Origin: Selaginella moellendorffii
Taxonomy: Eukaryota > Plantae > Lycopodiophyta
Length of the DNA stretch: 64,000 nucleotides
Reading direction: 5' to 3'
NCBI RefSeq assembly: GCF_000143415.4
Contig: NW_003314346.1
Coordinates: 377,270-441,269 of the forward strand
Part shown: piece by piece, positions 13,701 through 25,666 of the stretch
Position numbering within the stretch: position 1 is the stretch's first letter
Layout: each line of letters starts with the position of its first letter
Notes under the pieces: generated by a model
The model's input: only the letters and a program-made list of their open reading frames with translations
Told to the model about the DNA's origin: nothing
The model's database searches: none
Made by a program: the position numbers and the translations under genes

Positions 13701-14820
13701 AACTGTAGGCTTGGCAAAGCTTACGTACCAAAAGAATTGCATGACTGCGTGATGACTCGGTATTAAGCTTTGTGTTGGCCGCAAATCTATTAGCCTCACC
13801 CACTTGTAGCAAACGAACGAAACTTCTGTGATCAATAATGGGAACCAGAGTAGCCCCAGGAAGCGTCACGTCCCCGGTCTTTGGATCTTCGACAATGGGA
13901 ATGTTATCCCTTTCGGGAGCTAAAAGATCCTGCACCGTCTCCATGTACAGCTGCAGACAGAAGCCATCGAACGATGAGAAAGAAACGCAAGATTATTGAA
14001 TCCAACCTGCAGGTAGGAAACGGTAACGGAGTCGTTCTCTGGAGAAATATCAGACAAAATATCCTCCATGGCCCGAACCATGATTCCTCTGTCCGCACTA
14101 TCTTCCTCCCCGAGCCTTCCGAGAGTGAACGTTTTCCCAGTTCCCGTCTGCCCGTAGGCCATGACCGTTCCATTGTAGCCTTCGAGCACGCTCTGCGCAA
14201 GAGTAACAGCCAGGACTGATTGACCAGTGTTAAAACACTCGAAGGTGCCACATACCTCCACCACTGGCTTCGCCACAACCTCGTAGACACGCTTCTGGGA
14301 GGCCGTCTCTGCAAACACCTCGTCAAACTGGTAAGTTTCACAGTCCCAGTTGTTCTTCCTCAGTCGGAGTCGCTTGAGCTGCAACAAGTTGGCAACAATA
14401 TAAGACTTTCCAAAGAGCACACGAGTACTACCTCGGGCTGGAGCTCCACACAGTCTCCAAAATCCGCATCCACTATAAGCTCTTCCGCATTCCTGGGACG
14501 AATGCGCACAGCCACACGCACTCTTCCCGATACTGCTCCACACCCAATGAAGAAAAAAGCGGTTTCAAAGAGACGACGAAGAAGGAAAATGGAAAAAGAG
14601 AAAGTAGGCACTCACTGTGGGAATCATTTTTTTGAGAGCCAATGCTGGAGCGCCGTGCCGAGGAAGGAGAGGCCGATTTGGGGCGCAGTAGCGGGCCCCC
14701 GAGTGGCGGTGGCGGCGAAGGAACGGAGGGCTTTGCCATTGTGCCAACTGAGAAAGGCCTATCCAACCGTACTGCCCGAGAACCAACACTTAACAAATTC
14801 TTATATCCAGCATATGCCAT
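10735..14820 (-). CDS. ARK: Armadillo repeat-containing kinesin (ARK/KINU family), multi-exon
   Basis: Motor motifs [50 protein letters not shown], then coiled coil, then C-terminal ARM repeats ([33 protein letters not shown]). Confidence 0.96.
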
Positions 14821-15425
14821 GTGATTTCTGCCTTACCTGAGACCATCCGAAGCTCTCAGATTCCACCCATTGTCTCCTCCTCCTCCTCCTCAATCACCGC
14901 CATCGCCGCTAATCCCCTCCTCCTCGTGCTATCCCAGATCGCCTCATTCCCTTCGAAATTCCAGGCGCGGCGTCCACGAGGCAGGAGCAAATTTTAGGCG
15001 CGATCGATCGATCGAGACTGGGATCTCGCGCGATGCGGCAATGCACATAGGCGAGAATCCAGAGGAGAGAAAGAGATAGAAGAGATTATTGCCGTCGTCC
15101 TTGTCGTCGTCGCGTCCTCGTCGTGGCGGTGTTGCGTAGAGACTAGACTAGGTAGTAATAGTAGGGCATGGTGCTCCAATGGATTACCCCACCCCCACCT
15201 AAACGATGCCATTCCACCATGGCTTTGCTCCTCTGATGAGAGATGAGAGCTAACCCTAAAAAATGGGCACACCGTTTGTTTAACCCACTGCCCCACATTT
15301 TGCCAAAAAAAGAAAAAGAAAACAAATACAAATTCCTTTCCCTCCACTGGCTTCGCGCGATTCGAAACCTCGTCGACTGACCACGGTAGAAAAACGTTAC
15401 CCCGTTACCTTGGCTTTTTACTCTT

Positions 15426-15967
15426 CTACTGCCTCGTTCTTCCTCGCACGAACAGCTTGTCTAGATCTTGGGTCACCACATTTCTCCTACAAAGATCCAA
15501 TGCTTTCATCAAAAAATATTCCATGGTATCATCTTTGGAGCTCGCTAGATAGAAATCTACCTTCTTTGGAGGAGCTGGGGAGGGATGAGGCGGCCACCGG
15601 CAGTGTCCGGCGGTGGCAATCCCACTGACGATCGCGAGCTGCTATGAGCAGCCTTCCTCCGCGGCGATGGCGGCCGTCTCGTCCCATTTGATTCCTGGCT
15701 GCTTCGTTTCCTTGCGCTACTGCTGCCACTGCTCGGATTTCCCCCGATTCCAGCCAGCTCTTGTGCCGCATCCGGTAGCCTCACTCGCGATTCCTCTGGC
15801 GCTGGAATTGCTGATGGCATTCTGCACGAACCCACGAATCCTCAGGGATAGGGATCGAGGAGAAGGGAATTTTCTCACGGTTGCGGTGCTGGAGGTGCCG
15901 GCTCCACGGCGTCCATGCGCTCGTCCTCCTCGTCGGACGAAGACGCGCCATAATCAACCAACGCCAT
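15426..15967 (-). CDS. Small conserved plant protein of unknown function, 3 exons
   Basis: Manually spliced product MALVDYGASSSDEEDE...LPDAAQEL...PDTAGGRLIPPQLLQRRNVVTQDLDKLFVRGRTRQ* using canonical GT-AG introns. The N- and C-terminal motifs resemble a conserved plant family (recalled, not searched). Confidence 0.72.
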
Positions 15968-15976
15968 AAACCCTAA
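15968..15976 (+). promoter_or_regulatory. Telo-box (AAACCCTAA) in a 62-bp divergent spacer; others at 24694-24702 and 39128-39136
   Basis: Exact motif next to start codons. Confidence 0.55.
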
Positions 15977-16029
15977 CGAGACCACTACCTAGGGCTCTAG
16001 TCTCTTCCTTTCGATCATGTCCAATCGCC

Positions 16030-17697
16030 ATGACAATGCGGCTAGACGAGCTCACGGATCTCATCAAGGGCTGCGGCGATGCCATCGAGCTCCAGCGCGT
16101 CCACGCCGCGATCTTGCGGAGCGAGCACGCCAGGAACGTGTTCTTGGGCAACATGGTGCTGCTCATGTACACGCGGCTTGGGAGCTTGGAGCAAGCCCGG
16201 CAGGCATTCGAATTGCTACTCCATCCCAACGTCTTCTCCTGGAATCTCTTGCTCCAGGCGTTCATCGAGCACGGGGAAATGGATCGATCCAAGCACACCT
16301 TCGACACGATGCCCGCCAGGAACATGGTGTCGTGGAACTGCGTGGTGGCCGGCTATGCCCACGCCGGGGATGTGGAGGCCGCCAAGGCCGTGTTTGATAC
16401 CATGCCCGAGCGCGACGTCGTTGCATGGAACTCACTGCTACAGGGATTTGCCGCACGGTGTGACGTAGAGGGTGTGAGGAGAACGTTCGAGGCGCTGCCC
16501 GAGGCCGACGTGGTGTCCTGGACAAGCGTCATCGCAGCGTATGCCCTGTCCGGGCATGTGGAACAGGCAAGCGGCGCGTTCTACCGCGCGGCACACCGAA
16601 ACCTCATTTCGTACACCGCGCTGCTCACCGCCCATGCCCACGTTGGTGCTGCCGATGCCGCCAAGAGGCTCTTTGATGCGATGCCCGAGTGGGACATCCG
16701 GGCTTGGAATGCACTGCTTCAAGCATTTGCCGCCAAGCCCGACGTCCGCGCGGCACTGGCGCTCTTCTACACCGCTATGCCACTGCATGACGTTGTGTCG
16801 TCCACCACCATCGTCGCGTTGTATGCCGCCAGCGGGCAGCTTGAGGCCGCCAAGCTCGTGTTTGACACCATGGCGCAGCGAAACATCGTGTCATGCAACA
16901 CAATGGTGGCGGCGTATGCCGCCGGTGGACATGTGAGTGACGCCGAGAGGATCTTCCACACCGTGATGCCGCTGCACGACTCCGTGTCCTGGACTGCCAT
17001 GCTTACGGCACACACCGAGGCCGGGCAACTGGAGGAGGCCAAGAACTTGTTCGATGCAATGCCTGCTCCACGGTGCGTCCAAGCTTGGAATGCGATGATC
17101 ACTGCCTTCGTCGACAACATGGAGTTGAGCAGCTGCCAGTTCTTGTTCGATGCAATGCCCGAGAGAGATCTCGTGTCATGGAACGCAATGCTCGGGGGAT
17201 ATGCCCGGAGTGGGCGTCTAGGCTCCGCCAAGAGGGTGTTTGCGAGGATGCTGGAGCGCGACACAGTGTCGTGGAACACTGTGATTGCCGCTTTCGCAGA
17301 CTCGGGGCATGGCCAAGACGCGATGCTCATGTTCTTGCGCATGCTTGTCGACGGACTCGTTCCAAACCAGATAACTTACACGAGCGTCCTCGCGGCTTGC
17401 TGCTCGTGGGACGAGAGCCGGAGCCACTTCTCGTCGATGGTTGGCGATCACGGCGTGGGGGCGGTGAGAGCCCACTACTCTTGCGTGATCGGTGTGTTGG
17501 CGTCCACGGGAGAGCTGGGAAAGGCATGGGAGCTCATCGAGTTCATGCCGTTTGTGCCCGACGCGGCCGCATGGGGAGCACTGCTGAGCGGCCACCGTGT
17601 CCATCACGAGCGCACTGGCGCGGCAGCAGCGGCAAATCGCTTTGCAGATTTGGAAGCGAGTGACTCCGCGCCATACGTACTCTTGGCCAGCCTCTGA
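16030..17697 (+). CDS. PLS-class pentatricopeptide repeat protein with truncated E domain, no DYW
   Basis: Intronless 555 aa. Repeated FD.MP.R..VSWN motifs. C-terminal HYSCVIGVL...MPFVPDAAAWGALL...APYVLL. Confidence 0.95.
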   Translation: MTMRLDELTDLIKGCGDAIELQRVHAAILRSEHARNVFLGNMVLLMYTRLGSLEQARQAFELLLHPNVFSWNLLLQAFIEHGEMDRSKHTFDTMPARNMVSWNCVVAGYAHAGDVEAAKAVFDTMPERDVVAWNSLLQGFAARCDVEGVRRTFEALPEADVVSWTSVIAAYALSGHVEQASGAFYRAAHRNLISYTALLTAHAHVGAADAAKRLFDAMPEWDIRAWNALLQAFAAKPDVRAALALFYTAMPLHDVVSSTTIVALYAASGQLEAAKLVFDTMAQRNIVSCNTMVAAYAAGGHVSDAERIFHTVMPLHDSVSWTAMLTAHTEAGQLEEAKNLFDAMPAPRCVQAWNAMITAFVDNMELSSCQFLFDAMPERDLVSWNAMLGGYARSGRLGSAKRVFARMLERDTVSWNTVIAAFADSGHGQDAMLMFLRMLVDGLVPNQITYTSVLAACCSWDESRSHFSSMVGDHGVGAVRAHYSCVIGVLASTGELGKAWELIEFMPFVPDAAAWGALLSGHRVHHERTGAAAAANRFADLEASDSAPYVLLASL

Positions 17698-18065
17698 ATT
17701 GCCTCGACCGGTGTCGACAAAACTTTATGCTAGCTGCTCACTCAAAGATCTCTGGCTTGCGCTCGTCCTCTTTGCCACTTTTTTCTTCTCTGGGGCAAAG
17801 GAAAAGAAAAGACGACAAAACCACTTTGATAAAACTCTTGTCAGCTCAAGTTGGTGGCGAGCGCTCTTTTGAGCCGAGGATTGTCAGTGATGGCGACGTA
17901 AGGTCTTCCTGCGACTAGTGCGTTGCTTCCGCAGCGGCAGTGTCCTTTCTTTTCTGCATGCTCAACTCTCGGACGCTCAAAGTTTTCCAACTCCTTTCTT
18001 TTCCAGGCAAGTGATCTTCGGTTTTGGAGATATGAGTCTACGTGCTGCTTGAGCGCTTCGAAAGG

Positions 18066-19763
18066 ATGATAGAAATAGAGCCGGCTGCACCGAGTCGGCT
18101 CACTCCCATTGGAAATATCTATCGATCCACTTACAGAAGGACGAGCTCGAGCAACGATGTTTCTAGATCGGACAAGCGCAAGGCCACCGAGTCCCGACTT
18201 TCAGGTGAAATGCAGCGTAGCGTCAGCTTGGATCCCTCGCCATCTCGCAGGTTAGTCTATCCATATACATATGCCGTACATTCCTAAGGTGAGCTGCAGG
18301 AAGTCGAGCCCCTCCAGGAGCGACGATGTTTCTACTATGACCATTGAGTTCCTGAGAGCTCGGCTTTTGGCGGAGCGCTCGACAGCAAAATCAGCCAAGC
18401 TGAGGATAGAAGAGCTCGAAAACAAGGTAAGCTAGTAGCTATTACCAAAGCACTGCTCAAATCTAAAGTGTGCGGCAGTGCAGGTCTCACAACTAGAGCG
18501 CAGCCTGGAACTAGAGATTGAGAAGCGGAAGCATGCCGAGGCGGCATTGCAGGAATCGCTGGAGAAAATGCTCGATTCCTCGAGTGCAAGTGGCGGGACA
18601 AGCACTGACTCCGAGCTTGAGTCGTTTAGCAGAGCAGCGGATGATGACGACGGCAAGTACTCGGACTCGTACTTGGAGTTAGAAGATACGAGTGGTGTGC
18701 TGAATGGCGATGGTGCTAAGTTCTCCACAGAAGATAGACCGCCAGCTGCATGCGAAGGTACGGTAAAGTTTGTAGACATTCTCGTGGTTAACTGTGGCGA
18801 TACAAGGGAACGACGACGACGAAGAAGAAGAAGAAGGAGAACAAAGAGGAGGAGAGGAAGGCACTGTGGAGGAATTTTCATCGGCAGTGGAGCCAAGTTC
18901 GCCGAAGACGTTAGAGACTCATCACAACATACACTCGGACTCGGACTGGGCTACGGACAACGAGACTGATGTCAAGCAGCGGAGCTTGTCAACCGCGGCT
19001 GCTCAAGGTGACACTGAGTTTGACAGTGATAGCGATGGATTTAGTATCTCGTTGCCGAGCCAGCTACACTTGGGACAACTGGAACTCCCGGGGAAGATTG
19101 GAAGGTCTCTCCGCTCGTTGAGCACGCCAAGGTAAATATATCCATGGCGAACTTTGCTGAGAAACTGATGTTTCGAAGCACAGGACTGGAAACGAATGGA
19201 TGCGCCATGTTGCTGACATGCTCGAAAAGGAAGACACAGAAAACGTTGATCAGTCTCCACAGGTCTGCTGTTGTTATTTCCTGGATGTTTTATAACCATG
19301 ATCTCGATGCTTCAAGTTTCAGGCTTGTAACCATGCACAAGGCGAAGACGATCACGATTCTACTAGCCCCGGTGTCTCTTATGTAAGCTTTTCCAAGTAC
19401 CTGGGCGTGGCCAACATAATCGAGAACGAAACAACGTCAAAGGTTGCAGCAGAAGACGAGGCAACCTCGCTCCAAGCGAGCCAAGACAAAGGCACGGAAG
19501 CTCAAGAACAAGTGAATCCAGGAGACACTGGCAACGAACCTGGTCTGGTTGCAATGCAACCGGAGACAACGAGCTCCACTACAGCGAGCGAAAACCCGGC
19601 GACAAGCAAGCTCTCGAGCATCAGCCTACGAGACAAAGTTTTCAACAGCGAGGAGGAGCGAGTGGATGAGATATTTCGCGCATTGCGAGCTGCCAAGGCA
19701 CAACTCAGGATCTCAATCCAGCGAAGACAGGTGATAGAGAAGCAGCTCTTCAGTTCTAGCTAG
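18066..19763 (+). CDS. Uncharacterised coiled-coil/acidic protein, multi-exon; start uncertain
   Basis: Series of ORF exons with GT-AG junctions. Coiled coil VSQLERSLELEIEKRKHAEAALQE, acidic tracts, and C-terminal VDEIFRALRAAKAQLR. Confidence 0.6.
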
Positions 19764-19881
19764 GCTAAGACTTTTGCGGATGAGAAAGAAAGCTAGTATT
19801 TCTCTTGTGAATACACACTATAAGGGTGAAAGGTTTGATATCCTATAGTAGGAAATATCTTCTAAGCTGAGTCGGCCAGGC

Positions 19882-20502
19882 ATGGACGCAGCAGGATTGG
19901 GTGTTTCAGCACCCGCGTGTTGCTGCCGGAGACGCTCCTCGCAATTGTGTCGAGCAGCATCAAGGCAAGACGATGCAAGCACTGCGGAAGAATCAAGTGC
20001 TGGTAAGAGCCGAAGAGTGGCGGTGGTGAGCGCCATCTCCGCAATGCTAGTGCTTGGGTCCCGGAGAGCAAGAGCGGCAGTAGAGGCACCACCATCAGTA
20101 TGCCGGAATTGCAATGGCTCGGGAGCAGTGCCATGTAAGTTGATAGTCCTGCCCTGCTAGTGTTGTTCCAGCCACGCATTCTTCTTTGTGACTGGATTGG
20201 ATTCGCGGTGCCACAGGTGATATGTGTGGAGGGACTGGAAAGTGGAAAGCTCTCAGCAGGAAGCGAGCCAAGGACGTGTACGAGTTCACCGAGTGTCCCA
20301 ATTGCTACGGTATAAGTTCTTGGATTCCCACAATCTCTGAAAGTTTTGCTTTTCTACCTGGTTTCGAGCAGGACGTGGAAAGCTGGTTTGCTCCATCTGC
20401 TTAGGCACCGGACTTGGCAACACAAAGGGCTTGCTCCGCAGGCCCGAGTCCAAAAAGCTCCTGGATCAGATGGTGAACGGCCGACTGCTGCCAGACATGT
20501 AA
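19882..20502 (+). CDS. PSA2: PHOTOSYSTEM I ASSEMBLY 2 (DnaJ-type zinc-finger thylakoid protein), 3 exons
   Basis: Transit-like N-terminus with RR and a hydrophobic stretch, then [56 protein letters not shown]...KGLLRRP. Confidence 0.93.
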
Positions 20503-21061
20503 TACTTATAGGCTCTGCTAGAGTGTAATCCAAGCTCAGATCGAAAGAAAAAGAGAAAGAAAACCAGCAATTCACTGGAAAGAAGCATGGAAAAGTGTAA
20601 AGTCTAAGCAAGGAAAGCTGCCATTGTCATTGTCGTTTAGGTAGCTTTGCTCTTTGCTTACTTGACATTCTTTCCAATCCAAAACTCCAGCTTTGGTTTT
20701 CATTGCAAAGTGGAGGGAGAGAGAGAAAGTGGCTGCTCACTCATTCACTCCATACATGGCTATGGAATGAATTAAATTCAACACCATGGCTGACACTCAT
20801 CAGCTTTGTGACAGGCACACACACTTTCCTCCCCTGCTGCTGCCATCTCACCTGCGAATTCACATGAATCAACCAAATTTTTCCACTACAAAGTTACTGC
20901 GTCCACCAGGTATGATATTATGTTACCAAAGGTGGAGAAGTTTGGAAGGAAGAACACCAAGAGCACCACTAGATCTCAGGAGGAAGTGATCTTACAGATC
21001 GAGAGAGGTAGTAGCATTGCATTGCATTGTTGTAGGAGGAAGAGGAGGAGGAGGAGCAAGG

Positions 21062-23710
21062 ATGCCTGGGATGGTCGGGCACAACCCATTCGATCCCGAC
21101 TCGCGCCTCCACAAGGTGGAGAAGATCTTCAAGCTCTTCGACGCCAATGGTGACGGCTACCTCAACCGGCAGGAGATGGCGGCGCTGGTGATGGGCGTGA
21201 ATCCTCGCGTCAAGTTCACGGACGCACAGATCAACGCCATCCTCAACGAGGTGTTCCGCAGCTATGGAGAGTTCATCGCGGGGGACAAGGGCCTCCGCCA
21301 GGACGGACTCCTCCGGACTTACAACGATGGCGCCGGGGACATCGACCGCGACTTCGAAGCTCTCGGCCTCACGCTGGACGACGAAGAGCAGCACAACATC
21401 GAAGATGGCGACGGCGAGGTGGACGATCCTCCTCCGCCACCACCTCCAAATCCAGTCGCAGCAACGATCAGCGTCGACGCTGGCGATCACGATGACGATC
21501 ACGACGACTCCAGCGAAGGAGAGCAGCAAGAAGATCATCCAGCACGATCATCGCCATGCTTGCTACCACATCGATCTCCATCGGTGACGCCCCCGAGAAG
21601 GAAAGCCTCCAACGCATCGTCGGATCCATGGAGCAAGAGCAAGAAGGCCATGGCCGGGCCATGGCCGCCATCCTGGACAGCATCGCCCAACAACGGCATC
21701 GTCTACGCGGATACCTGGCACATCGTGGAAGATCTCGACACGCTGGTCCGGCGAGCCGAGGCCAAGATCGGCCCCCGCCGATTATCCGACGCCAGGAAGT
21801 CCGCACTTCTCACCGCCACCGATCTCTCCTCGTTCCAGCGCTGCCTAGCAGAGCTGTGCGAGCGTGCCGACTGCTCGAGGACCCAGGACGAGGCCTTCGA
21901 CGCACACATGGCCATGGGCCGGACGCTCTTCGATCACGCCTTCTTCGACGAGGCGCTGGCCCGATTCAAGCGCGCCATCGAGCTCCGCCCCACCGACGTC
22001 CGCCCCTACTTCCGCTCGGGCAACAGCCTGTGCTCCACCGCGCGCTTCCACGACGCGGTGGAATCCTACTCCCTCGCGCTCGAGGCCGCGCACAGCAATG
22101 GCCCGCTGTGGTGCGCGCTGCTGCCACAGATCCACGTCAACTTGGGCATCGCGCTCGAGGGGCAAGGGATGCTCCTGGGCGCTTGCGAGCACTACCGCGA
22201 GGCCGCCATCCTCAGCCCGGCACACTACCGCGCGCTCAAGCTCCTGGGCAGCGCACTGCTGGGCGTCGGGGAGTACCGCGCGGCGGAGAAGGCACTCCGC
22301 GAGGCCATCTCCATCAAGCCCGACTACGCCGACGCGCACTGCGACCTCGGGTCCGTGCTGCATGCCGCCGGCGACTCGGACAAGGCCGTAGCCGAGTTCC
22401 ATGCCGCCATCCAGCTCCAGCCCAGCCACACCGACGCGCTCTACAACTTGGGCGGATGCCTGCGCGACAGTGGTAGCTTCTCGCTGGCGGCGGAGGCCTA
22501 CTCGAGCGTCATCGCGTTGGATCCCACGCACTGGCAAGCGCATCTCAACAAGGCCGTGTCGCTGCTCGGGATGGCGGACGTAGAACACGCGGTGGAGTCC
22601 ATGAAGCAGGCTTTCAAGCTGACCAACCGGGTGGAGATCTTCGACGAGATGAAACACCTGCGCTACTTGCAGAGGAACCCCGGCGAGCTCAACATCTTGA
22701 TCCACAGCAGTGATGGTGGTGGTGGTGACAAGCTCCAGCAGCAGCAAGATCACAGCCCCGTCATCCAGTGCGCTCCACTCCAGCAGTCCGCCATCCCTCT
22801 CGTGGATCACTCGAGGTTCCTGAGGAGCAGCGCCAAGACCACGCCAAGCCTGCTCATGCGCTGCGCGCTGGAGATGAGAGCCTTCCAGAGGCACACCCGC
22901 TTCAACCGCTGCAACGTCTCGCTGCTCACCCAGGAGATCCTGGACGATCCCAAGCTCCCGCTATCGCAGCAGAGCACCACCTCGTCCTACAGATCCATGC
23001 GCAAGGCCGACGTCGAGAAACTCGTCCGCAACAAGCTCCTCCCCTTCCTCTCGCCGCAGACCTTCCAAGGCACCATCAAGAGCCTCAACGAGCGAGCGCT
23101 CGCCATCCTCGACAAGAAAGGATCCGGCAGAGTCGACCCGGGGATGTTCCTGGCGGTCCTGGCACCGATCTGTTCCGGAGCACTGGAGCGGCGGAAGCGC
23201 GTGGCGTTCGACTCGCTGGTGTGGAGGAGCCGGACGTCCTCCAAGAAGCTGGGAGCCGAGATAAGCCGAGCCGACGCCAAGGCCTACTTCAAGAAGCTCA
23301 AGTCCGTCTACATGCCGCTCCATGCACGTCCCACGGACGACCAGCTCTGGGAGGTTCGAGGCGAGGATGACAACACCACCCTCTCCTTCCCCGAGTTCCT
23401 GGACATGTTCGAGGAGTCGTCCGACTTGTCTTTCAGCAACATCCTCGAGACGCTGGTGAGGCTCGAGAGTCGAGACCGGAGCCGGCACAACGGGATCAAC
23501 TGTTCGGTTTGCAGCTACGAGATCGTTGGCCCCCGCTTCCGAGAGGTAAGCGCCAACTTCAACCTGTGTTCCGTGTGTTACAGCGAAGGCAAAGTTCCCC
23601 CGGACATGCTCCACGAAGAGTACTTCTGCTTCAAGGAGTATGGAAGCGAGGCCGACGCCATCAAGGAGAAGCTGCTGCTCTTCGGCTCTAAAGTGCCGAA
23701 GTTCGCGTAG
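21062..23710 (+). CDS. EF-hand + TPR + ZZ zinc-finger protein (At1g05150-like)
   Basis: EF-hand FDANGDGYLNRQEM, multiple TPRs (QIHVNLGIALEGQGMLLGACEHYREAAIL), C-terminal CSVC...LCSVCYSEGKVP. Intronless. Confidence 0.92.
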   Translation: MPGMVGHNPFDPDSRLHKVEKIFKLFDANGDGYLNRQEMAALVMGVNPRVKFTDAQINAILNEVFRSYGEFIAGDKGLRQDGLLRTYNDGAGDIDRDFEALGLTLDDEEQHNIEDGDGEVDDPPPPPPPNPVAATISVDAGDHDDDHDDSSEGEQQEDHPARSSPCLLPHRSPSVTPPRRKASNASSDPWSKSKKAMAGPWPPSWTASPNNGIVYADTWHIVEDLDTLVRRAEAKIGPRRLSDARKSALLTATDLSSFQRCLAELCERADCSRTQDEAFDAHMAMGRTLFDHAFFDEALARFKRAIELRPTDVRPYFRSGNSLCSTARFHDAVESYSLALEAAHSNGPLWCALLPQIHVNLGIALEGQGMLLGACEHYREAAILSPAHYRALKLLGSALLGVGEYRAAEKALREAISIKPDYADAHCDLGSVLHAAGDSDKAVAEFHAAIQLQPSHTDALYNLGGCLRDSGSFSLAAEAYSSVIALDPTHWQAHLNKAVSLLGMADVEHAVESMKQAFKLTNRVEIFDEMKHLRYLQRNPGELNILIHSSDGGGGDKLQQQQDHSPVIQCAPLQQSAIPLVDHSRFLRSSAKTTPSLLMRCALEMRAFQRHTRFNRCNVSLLTQEILDDPKLPLSQQSTTSSYRSMRKADVEKLVRNKLLPFLSPQTFQGTIKSLNERALAILDKKGSGRVDPGMFLAVLAPICSGALERRKRVAFDSLVWRSRTSSKKLGAEISRADAKAYFKKLKSVYMPLHARPTDDQLWEVRGEDDNTTLSFPEFLDMFEESSDLSFSNILETLVRLESRDRSRHNGINCSVCSYEIVGPRFREVSANFNLCSVCYSEGKVPPDMLHEEYFCFKEYGSEADAIKEKLLLFGSKVPKFA

Positions 23711-23805
23711 ATCTCTTTGAAGAAAGACTATTGTCAAGGATCACCATCTATAGAAGAACGTTTATATGCACTGCCCTTCCGCTCTGGCCGCGCGCCTGGA
23801 AGATC

Positions 23806-24657
23806 TCACAGGACGTAAGACGCTGGCTGGTCCGTCCAGGCACCACAGACGTGTCCATTCTCGCAGACATAAGCTCGGACCACAGGCTCGCCATCGTCGT
23901 GATACTCGAGCGATCGTCTCAAGCAGAAGCTCGTCACCATATCCCACATTGATGGCGCCAAGCAAAACGCACAGCTCTCGCCAGTCTTCTTGGCCTTGAG
24001 ATCTCGCAAGTTCCGACACACCTGTGACGCCTTGAAGTCCTTGAAGATCCCACGAAAGAGCTTGTACTTCCGTCGCTCCTCCGAATGGACACACCCCGGC
24101 CAGTCGCAGAGGTAGAGGCTGTCCGTCCGGAACCGGCTGGCCAGCAGCTTGTTTCCCAGCTCTCTCGAGAATGTGGGGGATCCGGAAGCTACGTGAGGCC
24201 CAGCTCCAACAAGCTTGATCCGCTTCTTCGATCGATGCTCGTCACCATTCCTGGTGTGATCGTCATCGCCACCCCCAGCGAGCTCTCTTTCCAGCCCAAA
24301 ATCCCAGCTATCTAGCAGCACCCCAGCGCTGTCGAGGCCCGGGCAGCAAACCAAGATCCTAAACAGAGTCGCCCATCCCCCGGCTGGCTCTCCCAGCTGG
24401 TCCTGGTGATCCTGGCGGGCCTGGCCGTGCTCTAGCACCTCGGGCACGATGGTGGGCAGCGCCCTCATGCACTGATTCCGCCAGCAAAAGCTCCGAATCA
24501 CGTACCCAAATCGCCGGCACACGCACGCCAGCACCGCCAAATGCCGCGGATCCTCCTCCATCCGCGAGAAAATGTTGACCAGGAGATCCTCGGACAAGCG
24601 GCTCAGCAGCACGGCGGCGCCTCCTCCTCCATCGCCGCTGCCCGATGCCGCCGCCAT
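23806..24657 (-). CDS. EID1: Phytochrome A-associated F-box protein EID1-like
   Basis: F-box LSEDLLVNIF, plus LLASRFRTDSLYLCDWPGCVH and VRAYVCENGHVCGAWT. Confidence 0.88.
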   Translation of the reverse strand: MAAASGSGDGGGGAAVLLSRLSEDLLVNIFSRMEEDPRHLAVLACVCRRFGYVIRSFCWRNQCMRALPTIVPEVLEHGQARQDHQDQLGEPAGGWATLFRILVCCPGLDSAGVLLDSWDFGLERELAGGGDDDHTRNGDEHRSKKRIKLVGAGPHVASGSPTFSRELGNKLLASRFRTDSLYLCDWPGCVHSEERRKYKLFRGIFKDFKASQVCRNLRDLKAKKTGESCAFCLAPSMWDMVTSFCLRRSLEYHDDGEPVVRAYVCENGHVCGAWTDQPASYVL

Positions 24658-24935
24658 AGCTCCGCGAGCGCGAGACCTCCTAGCCTAGCGTATAAACCCT
24701 AATCGTGGAAAGTACGTAAGTCGCTAACGAGTGGCTGTGCGATTACGTCCAAAAACTTGTCTTGAATGCCCACATGCCTCACCTTGTCCATTCTTCCACC
24801 CAGCAGCAAATGCCAGCTGGAAACGCTATGCTATTGACAGTTGAAGGATCGGCCATAGCTATCTCCTCCTCTTCCTCCTCTTTCTCTTCTTCTTTTATAC
24901 TTTTTTTTGTTCCATCTCCAATCTCGGCCTCCACC

Positions 24936-25375
24936 ATGGATATCACTGCGATGATCGTCTTCCAATCGCTACTCCTCCTCTCCATCGCTCTTCCACAATC
25001 CATCTCGCTTCCGGAAGTGGTGGTAAGTTCTCGGTTTGACGAGCACCCCAATCAATCTCTCTAGCATTGCAGGATCACTCGGATGAAAGTGGTAGGCGAT
25101 TGGCTATACCTTCTTCGTGGGAAGATCCAGCGCCGGACCTCACCACATTGCAGTCCCACGAGCCTGTAAGCCACAACTCGACCAGATTTGTGACGCCGGC
25201 TAGGAGGAAGCTAGGATTGTTTCGAGAATGCGCGCCCTGTAAGTGCTGTAGCGACAACACCCGGCGCTACTGCTACTACACCGCCTGCTGCTACCGGATC
25301 GATTGCTTCGCTCCCGGCCTCTCCTTCGGCCACTGCTCCTTCGTTCCAGTCACTTGCAATTGCCTCAGATGCTAG
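24936..25375 (+). CDS. Small secreted cysteine-rich protein, 2 exons
   Basis: Signal-peptide exon (MDITAMIVFQSLLLLSIALP..) ending in GTAAG at about 25023. Exon 2 ends RRKLGLFRECAPCKCC...CCYRIDC..PGLSFGHCSFVPVTCNCLRC. Confidence 0.82.
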
Positions 25376-25666
25376 CAAACGCGAGCGACCATGGCAAATT
25401 CTTCCACAACCCGGATTTGTCAATCCTGGGCACTGTACATTTTGGTGTCTCTCTAGAGATTGATTGATAACAGTTAACAGCCAAAAGATTCACAGCACCC
25501 GATGATTATACCTTCTCGATACCCCGGCCGTAGCCCCTCTCGTAGTTCGCATTTAATCCTCGCTTGGACTGTCCCTTGGTAGCATGGCACAGTATCCAGC
25601 GCGAACAAACACGGTTTCTCGAATAAAATAGGCTAAGTTACACACCAAGCTCGCAAGCTTTGGAAC

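Noticed and set aside
21556-23737. Long overlapping and antisense ORFs within the TPR gene (similar ones occur in the PPR and SET genes)
   Set aside because: Expected shadows of high-GC3 coding sequence, with no recognisable motifs.
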